From: Haplodiscus bocki | Taxonomy: Eukaryota | Reading direction: 5' to 3' | Assembly (NCBI GenBank): GCA_965655095.1 | Contig: OZ296656.1 | Coordinates: 32,240,001-32,304,000 of the forward strand | Length of the DNA: 64,000 nt | In this document: positions 1 through 11,976 of the stretch, piece after piece | Position numbering within the stretch: position 1 is the stretch's first letter | Layout: each line of letters begins with the position of its first letter | The notes under the pieces: model-generated | Told to the model about the DNA's origin: nothing | Database searches by the model: none | The model's input: the letters and a program-made list of their open reading frames with translations, nothing else | Program-made: the position numbers and the translations under genes

Positions 1-91
1 CTGCGAACTGCTTGACCATCCTTATTTGGATCTCCAATGCTTCAAAAATGGATTCCGTTGTCAGTTGTGATAGCAAACACTGATTACTAAC

Positions 92-509
92 CTTGATCAC
101 AGACGAAAACAGGATCTATACACCTGTCGCTGCCGCAATGGAAGAGGTCCTCGTCAGAGCAAGTCGTGCAGTTCGCTTCATCCGATGAGTCATCGCAATC
201 AGCGAATGAGTCACACCTGTAATCAATGTCTATGCACAGCCCATCCAAGATGCACTCGAATTGCTTCCCCTCTGCACAACAAGACTGTTTCTCATCAATC
301 CCCGATGCACAGTCTAGTTCTCCGTCACAAACCCAGCTTCTGGAAATGCAGTTTTCTCCGTCTTGGCAATCGAATTGCGTAAGTAGGTCACATGCTGGGG
401 GCCTTCGACTAGTTGTTTGACCAGCAGCTGACATAAAAACTAATCCTATCAGTAGGATAACCTTGATCCCAATTTGCTGGAGGTGTACAGCACGGTCGGG
501 TCTACAGTT
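92..509 (-). CDS. Exon of an LDL-receptor class A (LDLa) repeat protein; signal-peptide-like segment plus two complete LDLa repeats and part of a third
   Basis: The translation has a hydrophobic IKVILLIGLVFMSAAG followed by FDCQDGENCISRSWVCDGELDCASGIDE, FECILDGLCIDIDYRCDSFADCDDSSDEANC and FHCGSDRCIDPVFVCD, which fit the 6-Cys/DxSDE LDLa pattern. Splice donor CAAG|gttagt at 91 and acceptor ttccag| at 510. The gene continues off the window. Confidence 0.88.
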
Positions 510-1548
510 CTGGAACAAGCATTCGATACCACTATGTGACGAAGAGATTTTGAAAGATTTGAATTACAGAAAAGCTTTAGAGTGAAAATCAACATATCAT
601 TTTTTATCCAATCAAATGTGGTGTCCAAACGGTCATAGAATTTTTTCAAAAAACATCGATATTTCGAGTATTTCATAACTCTCGTGTTCTGATTTCAATG
701 ATTAGATTTATGATTTCAATGAGACAATTTAATCCATTTTTATCGCAAGATGCATCGACACAATCACACCATGTGTACTCTGGCCCGCATTTATTTTAAC
801 TTTACGCTACGTTGAAACATACTTTCGCAGACAAAATAAACAAGAAAGCGTACAGTCTTTAGCTCCTCCAGTGGTCTAATTTTCTTCTTTGGTAAAAGGT
901 CAATAATCAACTTACCATTGTGATTTCACACTTCTTGCTTATGAATTTCGCCACAACAATAGTGTCAATGAGTGAGCCGCGGTCTCACTTTTGTAATTTT
1001 GTCTCAAATTTAATTAAGTCGTTGGCAGGTTCTTATTTTAGGTCAACAGTTTGCTACATAAAATAATTGGCATGGAGACATTTGAGTAGACGTGGTTATG
1101 TAATACCATTGTATAATGTTGAAATAGTAGAGAAAGCTAAACTAGAGGGTAAATTGTACTGATGACCGAAAAGATGATGGCTTTTCATAAATATAGATCC
1201 TCAGCGTAGTTCATGTTGGACAACCGACTCAATTGGTGTCTTGTATTCCGACTAGCTAAACGTGACGTCATAGCCGAGATGCCGCGACCATGAGGTAAAT
1301 TGCTGCTCGACAAATCAGGCAAAATTTTGTCGTTTTTGTCTTGCTTGTCAATGATTGCTAAATCCCTCAAAGCTACAATTAGGGGGTGTCTCAATCCCCC
1401 TTCCAAAGCTGACATGGATTTCCTCCTTTCGGTCGATCGCGGAAGAGCCAAAATTTTTGACATTTCCACCGAGTACTGGAACCTTCGAGTTTCTCGCACA
1501 ATCGTTTTTTCTTCCTTTTGAAATTTCGATTGCACTATATGTTTGGTG

Positions 1549-2180
1549 GCCCGGGTTCGTTTTCGTTTTTTTCGTTTCTTCCGCTTACTGCCCTATAAAA
1601 ATTAAATTAAGAAATCTGAATAGTTGAAAATCTTGGTATTGGAGACAAACTTGATTGATCGATTTTTGAATCAAAAACTTCATTAAAAGAACGAGAACTC
1701 GATATGATCGTAATCTATGTGATCTTTCCAAGATCTTGGCTGAATCAGTGATACCAAGATCTTTTAGAGATCTTTGCAGGAGGTGACCTCGAATGTCCGT
1801 CCAAAATATTTTCTGGATCAGTGATATACATATTCTGTCCAAGAGTTTGTCTAGATGAAAATTCTCAAAGATCAACCCAATCGAAGATTCTCCGAATATC
1901 ATAGTTAGAACAGTGATCTCGAAGAAATGCTCAACATCGCAATAGGATCTGTGATCTCGATGATCCGTCCAAGATGGTAGTAGGATCAAGGTACAGAACA
2001 ATTTACAATTTAAAAAACTCTTAGATGTTTGACGAATTACTCAAGTGCAAAAAATCTGACTCGGCTCCTAAAAACTAATTCTCTCTGAAATAGCGCTGAG
2101 CAATGAACAACGCTGAAAAACGTCAAATCTCTGAAACAGCGCTATTCAGCGCTGAATTTTTCTGCGACTTCAACCCGGGC
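1549..2180. repeat. MITE-like segment bounded by gcccgggtt/aacccgggc, with a GATC-rich array (1640-1990) and a CAGCGCTG-rich array (2085-2160)
   Basis: 9-bp inverted termini and dense recurrence of gatc/aagatc and cagcgct/cgctgaa motifs; no credible ORF. Confidence 0.35.
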
Positions 2181-2372
2181 TTGTTTAGCTTCCGCTCATT
2201 TTTTGGATTTATTACATATCCGAATCACTCTTGCTCAGCTAATACTCTTTGAGAGAAAAGTCAATATCGCTTCAGTGAACAACTGGTCAATATCGCTAGA
2301 AAAGTCAATATCGCTTCAGTGAATAACTGGTTCCATGAGCACTCGGTTGGCTGATATGCACGCGCGATGGTA

Positions 2373-3094
2373 GTTTGACACTGTGATGTAACAACAATTA
2401 CGTAATTGGACTTTGGAACAGTTTTTGATCGACGACAAAATCGGTACTTTCATGTGTCCAATCAATTTCGAACGCAGCATTTTTTCCGCAATATTCTTCA
2501 AAATGACAGCAAAAACTCTTTTTTTTTCGAAATATTCTTGAAATTTCATCCCACTGAATAGGAAAATGCTTTTCAAAATTTGAACTTTAACTGAGCTGTA
2601 GGAAACACCCAAAGAGTTTTTTATAAATCCTTGGCCCGCAAGAAGATTGAATGACTAAACTTTTTTGTCTTCGTTTCGCAAATTGGGCTGAAAATCCGTA
2701 TTATGAGCCTCGAAATTGTGGTAGTGCTAAAAATTTTGAGGGAAATTTGGAAAAAAAACCGAAATTTGTCATTCTGAATCCGTCAAAAATCAGCACTGTT
2801 CAGCGCTGATATTTAGCTATGAAAATTTTGTTGAGCCTCAATGCATTTATTTTTCACATATGACATAGTCTAGCATACCATTCACTTGATTTAGGTGATC
2901 CTTAGGAGCATCCGAAAAAAAATCATAAATTTTTGAAATCAATAACCTAATGGAGAAGTGGGTTTACGTTCTGACCGTTCAAATCACTGCCGAGCTTGAA
3001 ATTGACTGGACACGTGAAAGTACGGATTTTATCTTCGCTTAATAATTGTTCCAAAGTCCAATTACTTAAGTGCTATTGCATGACAGTGTCAAAC
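2373..3094. mobile_element. Non-autonomous DNA transposon (MITE) with ~110-bp imperfect terminal inverted repeats
   Basis: gtttgacactgtgatg...aattggactttggaaca...gtactttcatgtgtcca (2373-2470) is the diverged reverse complement of ~2995-3094 (...tgttccaaagtccaatt...acagtgtcaaac). Confidence 0.65.
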
Positions 3095-3120
3095 ATTAAT
3101 GTTTGAGAATTAATTTGTTA

Positions 3121-3560
3121 CCCGGATTGAAGTTCCAGAAACTGTCAGCTCTGAATCAGCTCTGTTCAGCGCTGATTTTTTTGGCTCTGAAACATTGGGT
3201 TTTCATCGCTGATTTACCCTGAATCAGCTCTATTATTTACGCATGTAGATTGATATCAAAATTTGATACTATGGTCAGATCACAAAACCCATGAAGTGGT
3301 CATTAAAATTGCATTGCAGGTATTTAACAAGATGAAAATTTTCCCAATTTTCTGCAAAACAACAGCAAAAGCTTCAATTTTTAATATATTCTCAAAAATC
3401 CATCCCAGTCAACCGGAAAAGGCTTTTTGAAAATTTGAACCATTTCTGTGTTGTTTCGTGAGCAGTGGCCGGTAAGAAGATTGAACAAGTTAAATTTAAG
3501 TCTTCACTTCTTTTTCTCGGGCTTTTAGAACAGTTATATCGTGGCCTTTTCGATTTTTCA
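3121..3560 (+). repeat. Left end of a CAGCGCTG-motif DNA repeat (terminus cccggattgaagt)
   Basis: The terminus resembles the reverse complement of 2160-2179; repeated cagctctg/cagcgctg motifs; 3355-3530 is similar to 2500-2690. Confidence 0.45.
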
Positions 3561-3747
3561 ATTCGTGCAATAAAATTAGATTTAGAAGCTCAATGTTTTA
3601 CACTTCTCGATTAATTCTTATCTATTGGTTTGTTAATTCAAAACTTTGATGGTTAAACTTTATTAGATAACCCTTCTCAGCTTACTTCGTTTTCTACCTT
3701 GTTGAATTCATCTTGATCTCTTTCAACTTCTTTTATTAACAAAGAAA

Positions 3748-5201
3748 ATATTCAAAGGAGGCAAGAAAGGTCAAGAAGTGCTTCTCAGCAGTGTCCCTCT
3801 CCCCGCAGTCCCCAAACTGGATCAAGATCAAGATGTCCTAAACAACCCGAGTGGGCAAACTCAAGAAAATTCTAATGTGACACAGACAAGTAACGATAAT
3901 AATGTTGATCTTTTGAATATTATGAGCACTCCAGAAAAAATCAATTATGAAAAAGCGTTAAAAACAATGCCTTTGCCAGAAAGCAAAGAAGAAGTACAAG
4001 TTCTCAAAATTCCTGTACCTCTTCGCGTTGCAGATTTTCAATCAAAAGAGAGTTTAGATTTAGCATTCAAAAAAGGGTGTTCTGCGGTTTTGAAGCGGAT
4101 GCCGACTTTTTGCCAAAACGAAGTGACTTTGCGAAAAACTTTTACAGCATTAGGAGCAAGGAACATCCATACAATAACTAATGTCGCATCGTCCGCTGCA
4201 AGACCCTATTTTGATGAAATTAGAATAAAAGGCATTGAGCTTCTCGGAAAAACAGTTTTCCCTTTGGGACATAGCGCATTTGCAAGTAGCAATCGGCATA
4301 ATATGTTCCCACGAAAAGTGAACATCAAGTTCCATAACCTACTTTTCATCTGCTCGGACGATGAAGCAACGAAACTTTTAAATCTTCCCCCTGAAATTGA
4401 AAACATAGATATAATCGATCGTAAAAAAAAGAAAATGTTGAAGGTGTAGATTTCTACACAAGAGAAGCGCAAGTCAGAGTCGGTGTGCGCAATGAAAGGC
4501 AGTTGAAAAATCTTACACGGTGGTCATATGACAAGAGAACCAAAAACAAAGCAACCCGCTGGAACGGAATACCAGTGTCGTTTCACGCGCCGTCGTTGCA
4601 TATGCGTGAAGAGTGCAAAAAACAAAATAGGCGATTTCAAGGCCACCATAAAGACTGGTGCTTCCTGGCGAGGCGAGAAAAGTTGCAAAACGTAGCCAAA
4701 ATGACTTCAACTATCAAAAGTACCTCGATGCCACAATCTCAAGCGGTAGAATCGCAAGATGAATCGCAAGGCGAATCACAAGATGAAGCGCAAAACGTAT
4801 CGCAAGATGAATTGCAAGCGGAAGATGAATCCCAAAATGAATCGCCAGAAGATTCACAAGATGAGTCACAAATTGAAGAGGAAGTAGAAACTTTAGCTGA
4901 AGGAAGTTTAATAACGGCTCAAGCAGACATTAACACTACAACAAATGAGTTGGAAAAGGTTGAGAAACAAAAGTACGTACCACCCGAGGAACGGTGTAGA
5001 CGGGCTGCAGAGAGAGAAAACGAAGACACACGCCGTTTATCGTTGAGTAACTTTCCACCATTGTCCCAAAGTAGTGGAAAGAATAGAATGCTTAACAAGC
5101 AAAGAAATAAAAAACGAGTCACCACGCCGGGAAGTGCTGTAGCAAATGCTAAAACGAAGGCGGCCAAAGCGGGAGGATCCCCCATCAAATGGAAACGGTA
5201 G
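3748..5201 (+). pseudogene. LINE ORF1 (frameshifted near 4440)
   Basis: ORFs 3778-4449 and 4485-5201; probable start decayed to ATA at 3748; degenerate knuckle (R/C)EEC..GHHKDWC; acidic repeat and basic C-terminus overlapping the ORF2 ATG at 5189. Confidence 0.75.
4735..4875 (+). repeat. Coding minisatellite (12-bp gaatcgcaagat units, ESQD repeats) in LINE ORF1
   Basis: ESQDESQGESQDEAQNVSQDELQAEDESQNESPEDSQDESQ. Confidence 0.8.
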
Positions 5202-8200
5202 AATTTGATTTGTTCAATTTGAATGTGCGAGGAATAACTTCAATTAACTGTTTCGTGGCGATCCTAGATATCATACATAAGAGACATTTCTCTAAAAACA
5301 TTGTAATTCAAATGCAAGAGACTAAACTGAATAAGTTATCTCAAAATCATATTGATGAATTAGATTTACGCGGACTTTCGTTCATTGATATACCTGCTAC
5401 GGACTCAGCAGGGGGATTGCTCACGCTTTGGTCCAAAAACATAATAGTGCGGCTGACTGTCATAGAAAACAAAATCATCGGCATCTTGCTTCTCGACCGC
5501 GGGCCTCTAATATTAAATAAATATATGGACCAGAAAATCTTTGATGAGGAAGTGTCAGTCCTCGGAAAGTTTTTGGAAAATAAAACCTCAGAAGAAACTG
5601 ATATTATTATGTCAGGAGATTTTCATAGTTTTCCTATGCAATCTGACACAACGAACAGTGAAAAGAACTGGATGTCCAAATTTAAAGATACCAAAACTGA
5701 CACCTTTTCTGAATAAAAATGACCTACACGATATGGCCGAAGTGAATCAAAACTTTGGGCATACACATTTCGACAAAAAGAATGGGTCCTCATTGAGGAT
5801 TGATTTTGTTTTCACGAACTGTCTAACACAGTTTAATACGCTCAAGGTTTATTCCAACCCTTTTTCTGACCATTCGATAAATCACTGCCTGAAAACGAAG
5901 GAGGAAAAATCGAAAGAGGACAAGGAAGATGGAAACTAAACGATCAAATCATAGAAGACAATTATAGTTTGATCAGTAAATTTATCACTGTCAACAAAAT
6001 GAATCTCTCGAATGTCAAAAAGTATGATAACTGTAAAAATGATATGAAAGATTTCTTGAGGTCTTTGTGTTTGGTGTTGACTCAGTTTGAGCAGGAAATC
6101 GAAGTGAAACGAAGAAAGAAAATAGAAAAAATTGAGCTTGAATTGAAAAATGGTGAACTACCTGAGACCATCAAAAATATGAAGAAAATGGAGATCAGTG
6201 GTTTGCGGCAGCAAATCAATGAAATGGAACAAAAGAAAATGATTCTGAAACTAGATCGGATAAAAGAGATCCGGACTGATATTAAAGAAGGAGTATCAAA
6301 AGAAGTAAAGAAACTCTTGAGAACGCAACAAAGTAAGTCTACCATTACGAAACTATTGAACGGGCAAGATCAGATGGTTGTTGACAATGGAACAATTATG
6401 CAAGGATTTTTTACTTTTTATAAAGAACTCTATGATGAAAAAGTCACGGATGAAGTTGAAAAGCACCAAATACTCGACAGACTTGAAAAAGAAAAACATT
6501 TTGCTGAGAAAATGATCAGGCGTATGAATGAACCAATATCTGAAATTGAAGTAACTTCGGTCCTAAGAAGTCTCAATAAAAAATCTGCGCCTGGTCCTGA
6601 CGGATTGACTACTCTCTTGTACCAACTGTTTGAAAAAACGTGGGCTCCAATTTTGAAAAAAACTTTTCAATGATGTTGAGAGGGGGGGCGTTGTCTGACT
6701 CCTTTCGTTTTGCAATCATCAAAGTTTTGCCCAAAAAGGAAAATGCTAAACGTTTAAAAGATTACAGACCAATGAGTTTATTTAATAAACACTGATCAAA
6801 AAATCTATTCGCATGTTATTGCCAATAGATTGAAAAAAAGCCTACAAAAAATAATCGGAGAAGAACAAATTGCTTACTTGGAAAAACATCAGATCCATCA
6901 AGCGATCAATCTCACGAGATTAGCATGTGAAATAATAAAAAATGAATCTTGTGTTATCGCCATAGTTTTCAGAAAAGCTTTTGAAACTGTAGACAGAAAT
7001 TATCTTTACGAATTACTTCAGGTGATTGGAACTCCAGCAAATATTGTCAAATGTATTAAAGCGATCTATGAAAAGACAACTGCAGTTGTCGAAGTCAATC
7101 ATCATATGACAAAATCAATTGAAATTAAGCGGGGAGTCAGGCAAGGATGCCCGCTCTCAGCACTACTATTAATTCTTGCCATTGAACCACTGCTGCTTGA
7201 CATTGAAAATGACACTTTTATAAACACCAATTTTGTCACTAAAGTTTCAGCCTATGCTGATGATATAAGTTGTTACGTTAAAAGTAGATCTTTGGAAGCA
7301 CTATTTGACAGAGTAAAGTGTTTTTGCGATGCCACTCAACTATCTGTTAACGTTGATAAAACAGAGATTTTGAGTAGGAAAAGCATACAATATTATGAAA
7401 CACAAAAGAAAATGAAAATATTAGATATCGAGCATAAATTGAATGATCAGACAAATAACGACCCTTTCCAGCAAAAAATCTCGGAATTTCAAAAATCGGT
7501 TGCAACGATATCCAGAAGGATAATTTCAATGCGGGCAAAATTAATAAATTTTGAAATTTTCATTTACTCTAAGTTGATTTAAGTGTTACGGCATACAAAA
7601 GTGGTTATACAGCGTCTCAAAACATTCCAAAAGTATATAACAAAAGGTATATGGATGGAAAAGAGAGCAGCAGTGGCTTCAAACATTCTTAGTCTCCCCA
7701 CGCACAGCGGTGGAATTGGTCTCCCAAATATTAAACTGAAAACATTTGCAGCCGTAATTAGCGACTGGAAAAATACATTTTTCCACTCAAATCTAGGAAA
7801 AGATATTCTGCTGAATCAACTATTCGGATATGAGAAAAGTTTTTTGCATGACCTTAAGAAATCTCTTTTGAAAAGTTTAAAAATGAAAATTGATTTTTAT
7901 GGAGACCATATTCTGTTGGTCTGTGACGGGAGACAATTGCAAATTGATGAGACTACGAAAATGAAATAGATTCACCTTTTTCTTATAATTACGGAAAAAT
8001 GAAACGAAAAGTAGAAAACCGCCTGGCTCCATCTTGCAGGATTTTCGACGTTACTGCGCAACAACCTCTATCTTTTAAAAAGTTCCGTTGGAAGGCTTCT
8101 TCACTGTATCCACATGAAAAGAATCTAAAGTATCGAGTTCTCTACACTTCTTGCTCACACAAGCCAAAAATGAAACAATTAAATTTATTTCAACATGATC

Positions 8201-8510
8201 ACTGTACTTTTTGTAAACGTGGGCAAGAAACGATAGAACATGTGTTTTTCGATTGCCAAATTTTGGATAATCTCCGCAAAGAATACTTACTAAAAAATTG
8301 GAAAAACATTTTGTTGACGAAAACTCGATGTCAGTATATTTTGCTACTAACGTGTTGATTGGAGCATGGAAAAACGAAAGTGAAAAAACGGTTGACTATC
8401 TTAATAAAAACATATCCAGATGGAGCCGGGCAAACACCAAAAATGGATGAAATCTTCACAAAAAAATAATTGGTTTGGTACAAGCGAAAAATGGAAGATG
8501 GAAGGCAAGT
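5189..8510 (+). pseudogene. LINE ORF2: APE endonuclease + reverse transcriptase + zinc finger
   Basis: NLNVRGI, QETK, SGDF, RIDFVF and SDH (endonuclease); KSAPGPDG, YRPMSL, KAFETVDR, RGVRQGCPLS and AYADD (RT); CTFC..ETIEHVFFDC; several stops and frameshifts. Confidence 0.93.
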
Positions 8511-8658
8511 ATAAAGGTAGGGTATAGGTATTTCTGGAGAGCTCAACCCCGTTATTTTTAATAGAATATTGAATATAAAATTAAAACCGATTAGAATTTT
8601 ATGCAACCAAGTTGACGGAAAATCAATAGTGAAACCAAGTAATGCCGGACGGTGCGGT

Positions 8659-8719
8659 GGTCCCCGTATCCACCGTCACGCGTTGAGTGCTGCCTTCTCC
8701 GCGGGTGGATACGGGGACC
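8659..8719. other. GC-rich perfect 16-bp hairpin
   Basis: ggtccccgtatccacc (8659-8674) pairs with ggtggatacggggacc (8704-8719), 29-nt loop. Confidence 0.85.
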
Positions 8720-8765
8720 CTAAAAATTTTGGGACTCAGGCCATGAAATGGGTGAGAAAATATAA

Positions 8766-8852
8766 TGCAACTAATTTGACTAATGGTGCAAATAATTTGA
8801 CTAATTGTGCAGCTAATTTGATTAATGGTGGAACTAACTTGACTAAAGGTGC
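8766..8852 (+). repeat. 21-bp tandem repeat, about 4 copies
   Basis: actaatttgactaatggtgca-type units. Confidence 0.8.
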
Positions 8853-9135
8853 TTTTTTTTCCAATAAAACAAAACAATGGAACCGGGAAACGCAGGGGCT
8901 GATGAACAAACTCATGTCTTGGAGACGACCCAGCAAATTCAATTTCAAGGTTCTGGACGGTGTGACTGAGATGGACACTGACTGGCGATTCCAGTCGAGC
9001 ATTTGAGTTAGAGGACTCAGTTGGAATTCCATATCTGGCCTCAAACCCTTGTTTCAACCTTCCTCTTCAGAGCCACCCGCCTCATGCATTGCAATCATCA
9101 CCGTGCAACAGATCTTCCACCTTCAAAGTTTTGTC

Positions 9136-9207
9136 GCAGTTGCTGGGATTCGAACCTTCTACCTTGACATCAGCCACTCATGCTATGACCACTTAGTCAT
9201 CATTGTA
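9136..9207 (-). pseudogene. tRNA-derived sequence (SINE head or tRNA pseudogene)
   Basis: The minus strand has an A-box-like tgactaagtggt and a B-box ggttcgaatccc at tRNA-like spacing; the stems are degenerate. Confidence 0.4.
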
Positions 9208-9329
9208 CAAATGCGTGGCAATCTGAATGTATATCGGAATAGCGTATGCATCAGTCCCTGGCAAAAACAGTAAAAATATGAAAGCTTACATATATTTTTC
9301 AGTAAACAAATTATGTACATGTTTCAGTT

Positions 9330-9645
9330 AACAATTTCTGAGAAAGGTAATTTAAATATCTGAAATTCACTTCTTTTTGCATCTTGGGCTAAAAAATCAG
9401 AAATGTGTGCCTCGAAATTGAGAAACGTTTAAATATTTCGAGAAAAAAAGAAAAATTAACCGAAAATGCCATTCTTTATCCGCTTTATCCGTTAAAAATC
9501 AGCGCTGCCAGCTCTGTTTCAGAAGAAATCAGCACTGTTCAGCTAAATCTGCGCTGTTTCAGAGATTCTCAGGTAATGAACAGCGCTGAATCAAAACTGA
9601 AACATTTCTGAATCAGAGCTGATCTGAGCCGAATGTGTCTGAATT
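9330..9645 (+). repeat. CAGCGCTG-motif DNA repeat, same family as 2085-2160, 2785-2820 and 3121-3240
   Basis: aaatcagcgctg..aaatcagcactgttcagc..gcgctgtttcagagat..aacagcgctgaatca..ctgaatcagagctg. Confidence 0.55.
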
Positions 9646-10099
9646 ACATGATTGGTTGATTGCGCTCGGTTTGTTAATTGAAATTGGCCGTAGAACGAAC
9701 CAAGACAGCCGATTCTACAGCAAATTTGCAACCTTTCCCCGATATGAAAAATATACATTTTTCAAATACCGACTTTCAACTTCTTTTTCCCAAAAAAAAA
9801 GTATTTTTATTCGTTCTCAAGAAATTATACTACTTCATTTGCACTCTAATGCGAATTTCCTTTATAAATTGGTGATTAAAATTTTTAGAGTCAAAGTCAC
9901 CAAAACTGTGTGCAATTGGCAAGTACACGTAAAAAACGCAAGAGGCGAGAGAAAGATTTCCCTTCCATAATATAAGCATGATTGAGAATAATCAGAAAAG
10001 GAATAATTAAACTCATGATACATCAGCAAACTTAGCAATAACTAAAAGACAGAAAGGGAACGATATAACTAAGACGGACAGCTTCAAATTTTTTTCTAT

Positions 10100-10698
10100 C
10101 GCCACCTTTTTGGCAGAGTCGAAGATGATGCTGTGATGAGTGTGTGTTGGCCGGTCAAAATTTCTTTCGTTGGCCGGCAAATCACCTCCCTCTACGGTAA
10201 TAATACCACGAGTCTCATCAATTCTTCGTTAGTCTGTCTGTGAGTTTATTCTACTTGGAGCGGTCATTTGAAGGCCTTAGATATTTCCTGAAAAATCTTT
10301 CTGCTCAGAATCAAATACAACATACAACATTATCGATCCCACGTCCAGATGACTTATTAACCGACTTCATCTTGAGTTCCACTCTAGGAATCAACAAATT
10401 CTCTATTGCAGTCAATACTGCGTCCAGTACTCTAGTTTCAACCGTTAGCATCACAATATCCACTTCACTCAGAGTTCATTAACATTGTTTTCTTGAGTGT
10501 TTGCATATCGCTTGTGGACCATTATATTAAGTTAGGCTCTTCGCGTCATTGGAAGAGATATCGCCGTCAGCCGCATTAGACCTATTCTCCGTTTGGGCTG
10601 CAAAATTGCTTCGTCCAATTATGAAATCAGCATCGGATGCGCTTAAACTGACTGAGGAGCCTCTTATCTTGGTGTTTCTTCTTTCGAGTAGAAACCAT
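10100..10698 (-). pseudogene. 5' fragment of a Ty3/Gypsy gag-like ORF
   Basis: Frameshifted reading MVSTRK..KRLLSQ/LSASDADFIIG..SEVDIVMLTVETRVLDAVLTAIENLLIPRVELKMKSVN.SSGR resembles the N-terminus of invertebrate Gypsy gag (recognised by eye). Confidence 0.5.
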
Positions 10699-11976
10699 AT
10701 TGAAATCAACAGTTGAATTAACTATTAGTATTAGCCAACTCAATGCAAAAAAAAACAAAAATTGAATGATAATCAACGTGATGAGAACAGATCAGTTTCG
10801 ATGGTTCTGGAAGCAACTTTTTGTCGTTGTCTCTAATTTTTGCATGAATTCTTCCCCCTGGGTCAACTGTCCGTTGCGTTTCCTCCGTTGATCCTTGGTT
10901 TGGTTTCCAATTAGAGTATATTGTTACATGACGTCACAACTGCAATTGCTCCTGCAACTAAAACTATAAATAACATTAAACGAAAACTTACATAAATTAC
11001 ATGACATCATTGGATATATGCTATAAATAGTAAGAAAGGTAAAAAGCACTGCTAAGGTACAAATACGGTTTTTCTGAAAAATGTTATTTTCATTGGAAGT
11101 GCATGCAAACAACTATTAAAGCATCAATATGGTGGTGTGAACTGGTTGTGAGGCCAAAAAGTATGTTAGAACACGTCTAACGACGCCCTGTGGCCATTTT
11201 TTTGTTTATGTCAAAAGTGTTATGCGTGACCGGTGTTTGCCCCTCATAGCAAGCTCAAAAACCGGTCTCGAAGTTTATGTCTAAAATAGCTCCAAAATGC
11301 CAAATTATCACTCAAAACACAACCTCGAGGCCCCTTTGGGGTCTTATTCACGTAATATAGCATACATTGCGTGTCTTACATCAATGAGTTTCTGTTTATT
11401 AGGGAAGATTTCATATAATACATGTACAACGCCCAAAAATGATTGTTGGTTAGAATTCATAAACTTATCAAGTTTTTACTTGTTTCTTTGATCACTCTTT
11501 CAATTCTGAAGGCTCCAGGTCAAAAGTTTATTCCCAGTAATCAAAGATTGGCATTATTTAATAATTGGATTTTTCTAATTTCATGTAGAAGAGGTTATCA
11601 TATAATATTGCTCTGGTCTACAAAACGCATTCATTATGTCACAGGGATTAATTACGACCTTTTTACAGTCTTCTAAATGCTTGTTCGGGTATGTAGGTCT
11701 TCAATTTTTTGTTCGGTCGTGGGCCGGTCAAAAGACCGGCCGTCGACATATTTTGTTTCGCGGGCTTTGGTTTCGGCCGGTCAAATAGCCGTCAACGCTA
11801 GCCAATTTGACAGTGGAATATTTTTAAGCGTCAACAGCCGCCACAATTGAATGAATTGATTCAAAATCAGGTTTTAGGCAATAGGAAAAAAATTAGCCCA
11901 AAACTGGTTTACGTCCCAACAAAGTGATCTGGAATTCGATCGACATTATTTTGATGTTTTTGTTCGTTACACGAAT

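Larger units (their letters stand above)
3600..8590 (+). mobile_element. L1/Tx1-clade non-LTR retrotransposon, near full length, decayed
   Basis: Pyrimidine-rich 5' UTR, ORF1 and overlapping ORF2 with APE endonuclease, RT and a C-terminal CxxC..HxxxxC motif in canonical order, broken by stops and frameshifts; exact ends are approximate. Confidence 0.92.

Noticed and set aside
1185-2001. ORFs of 116 and 138 aa on the minus strand
   Set aside because: No recognisable domain; the second overlaps a GATC-motif repeat
8569-9057. Overlapping 145/144-aa ORFs as a LINE ORF3
   Set aside because: Openness is explained by the GC hairpin and the 21-bp repeat; non-ATG starts and no motif
10922-11100. LTR upstream of the gag fragment (tgttacatgacgtca...)
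   Set aside because: No partner LTR, clear other boundary or convincing PBS
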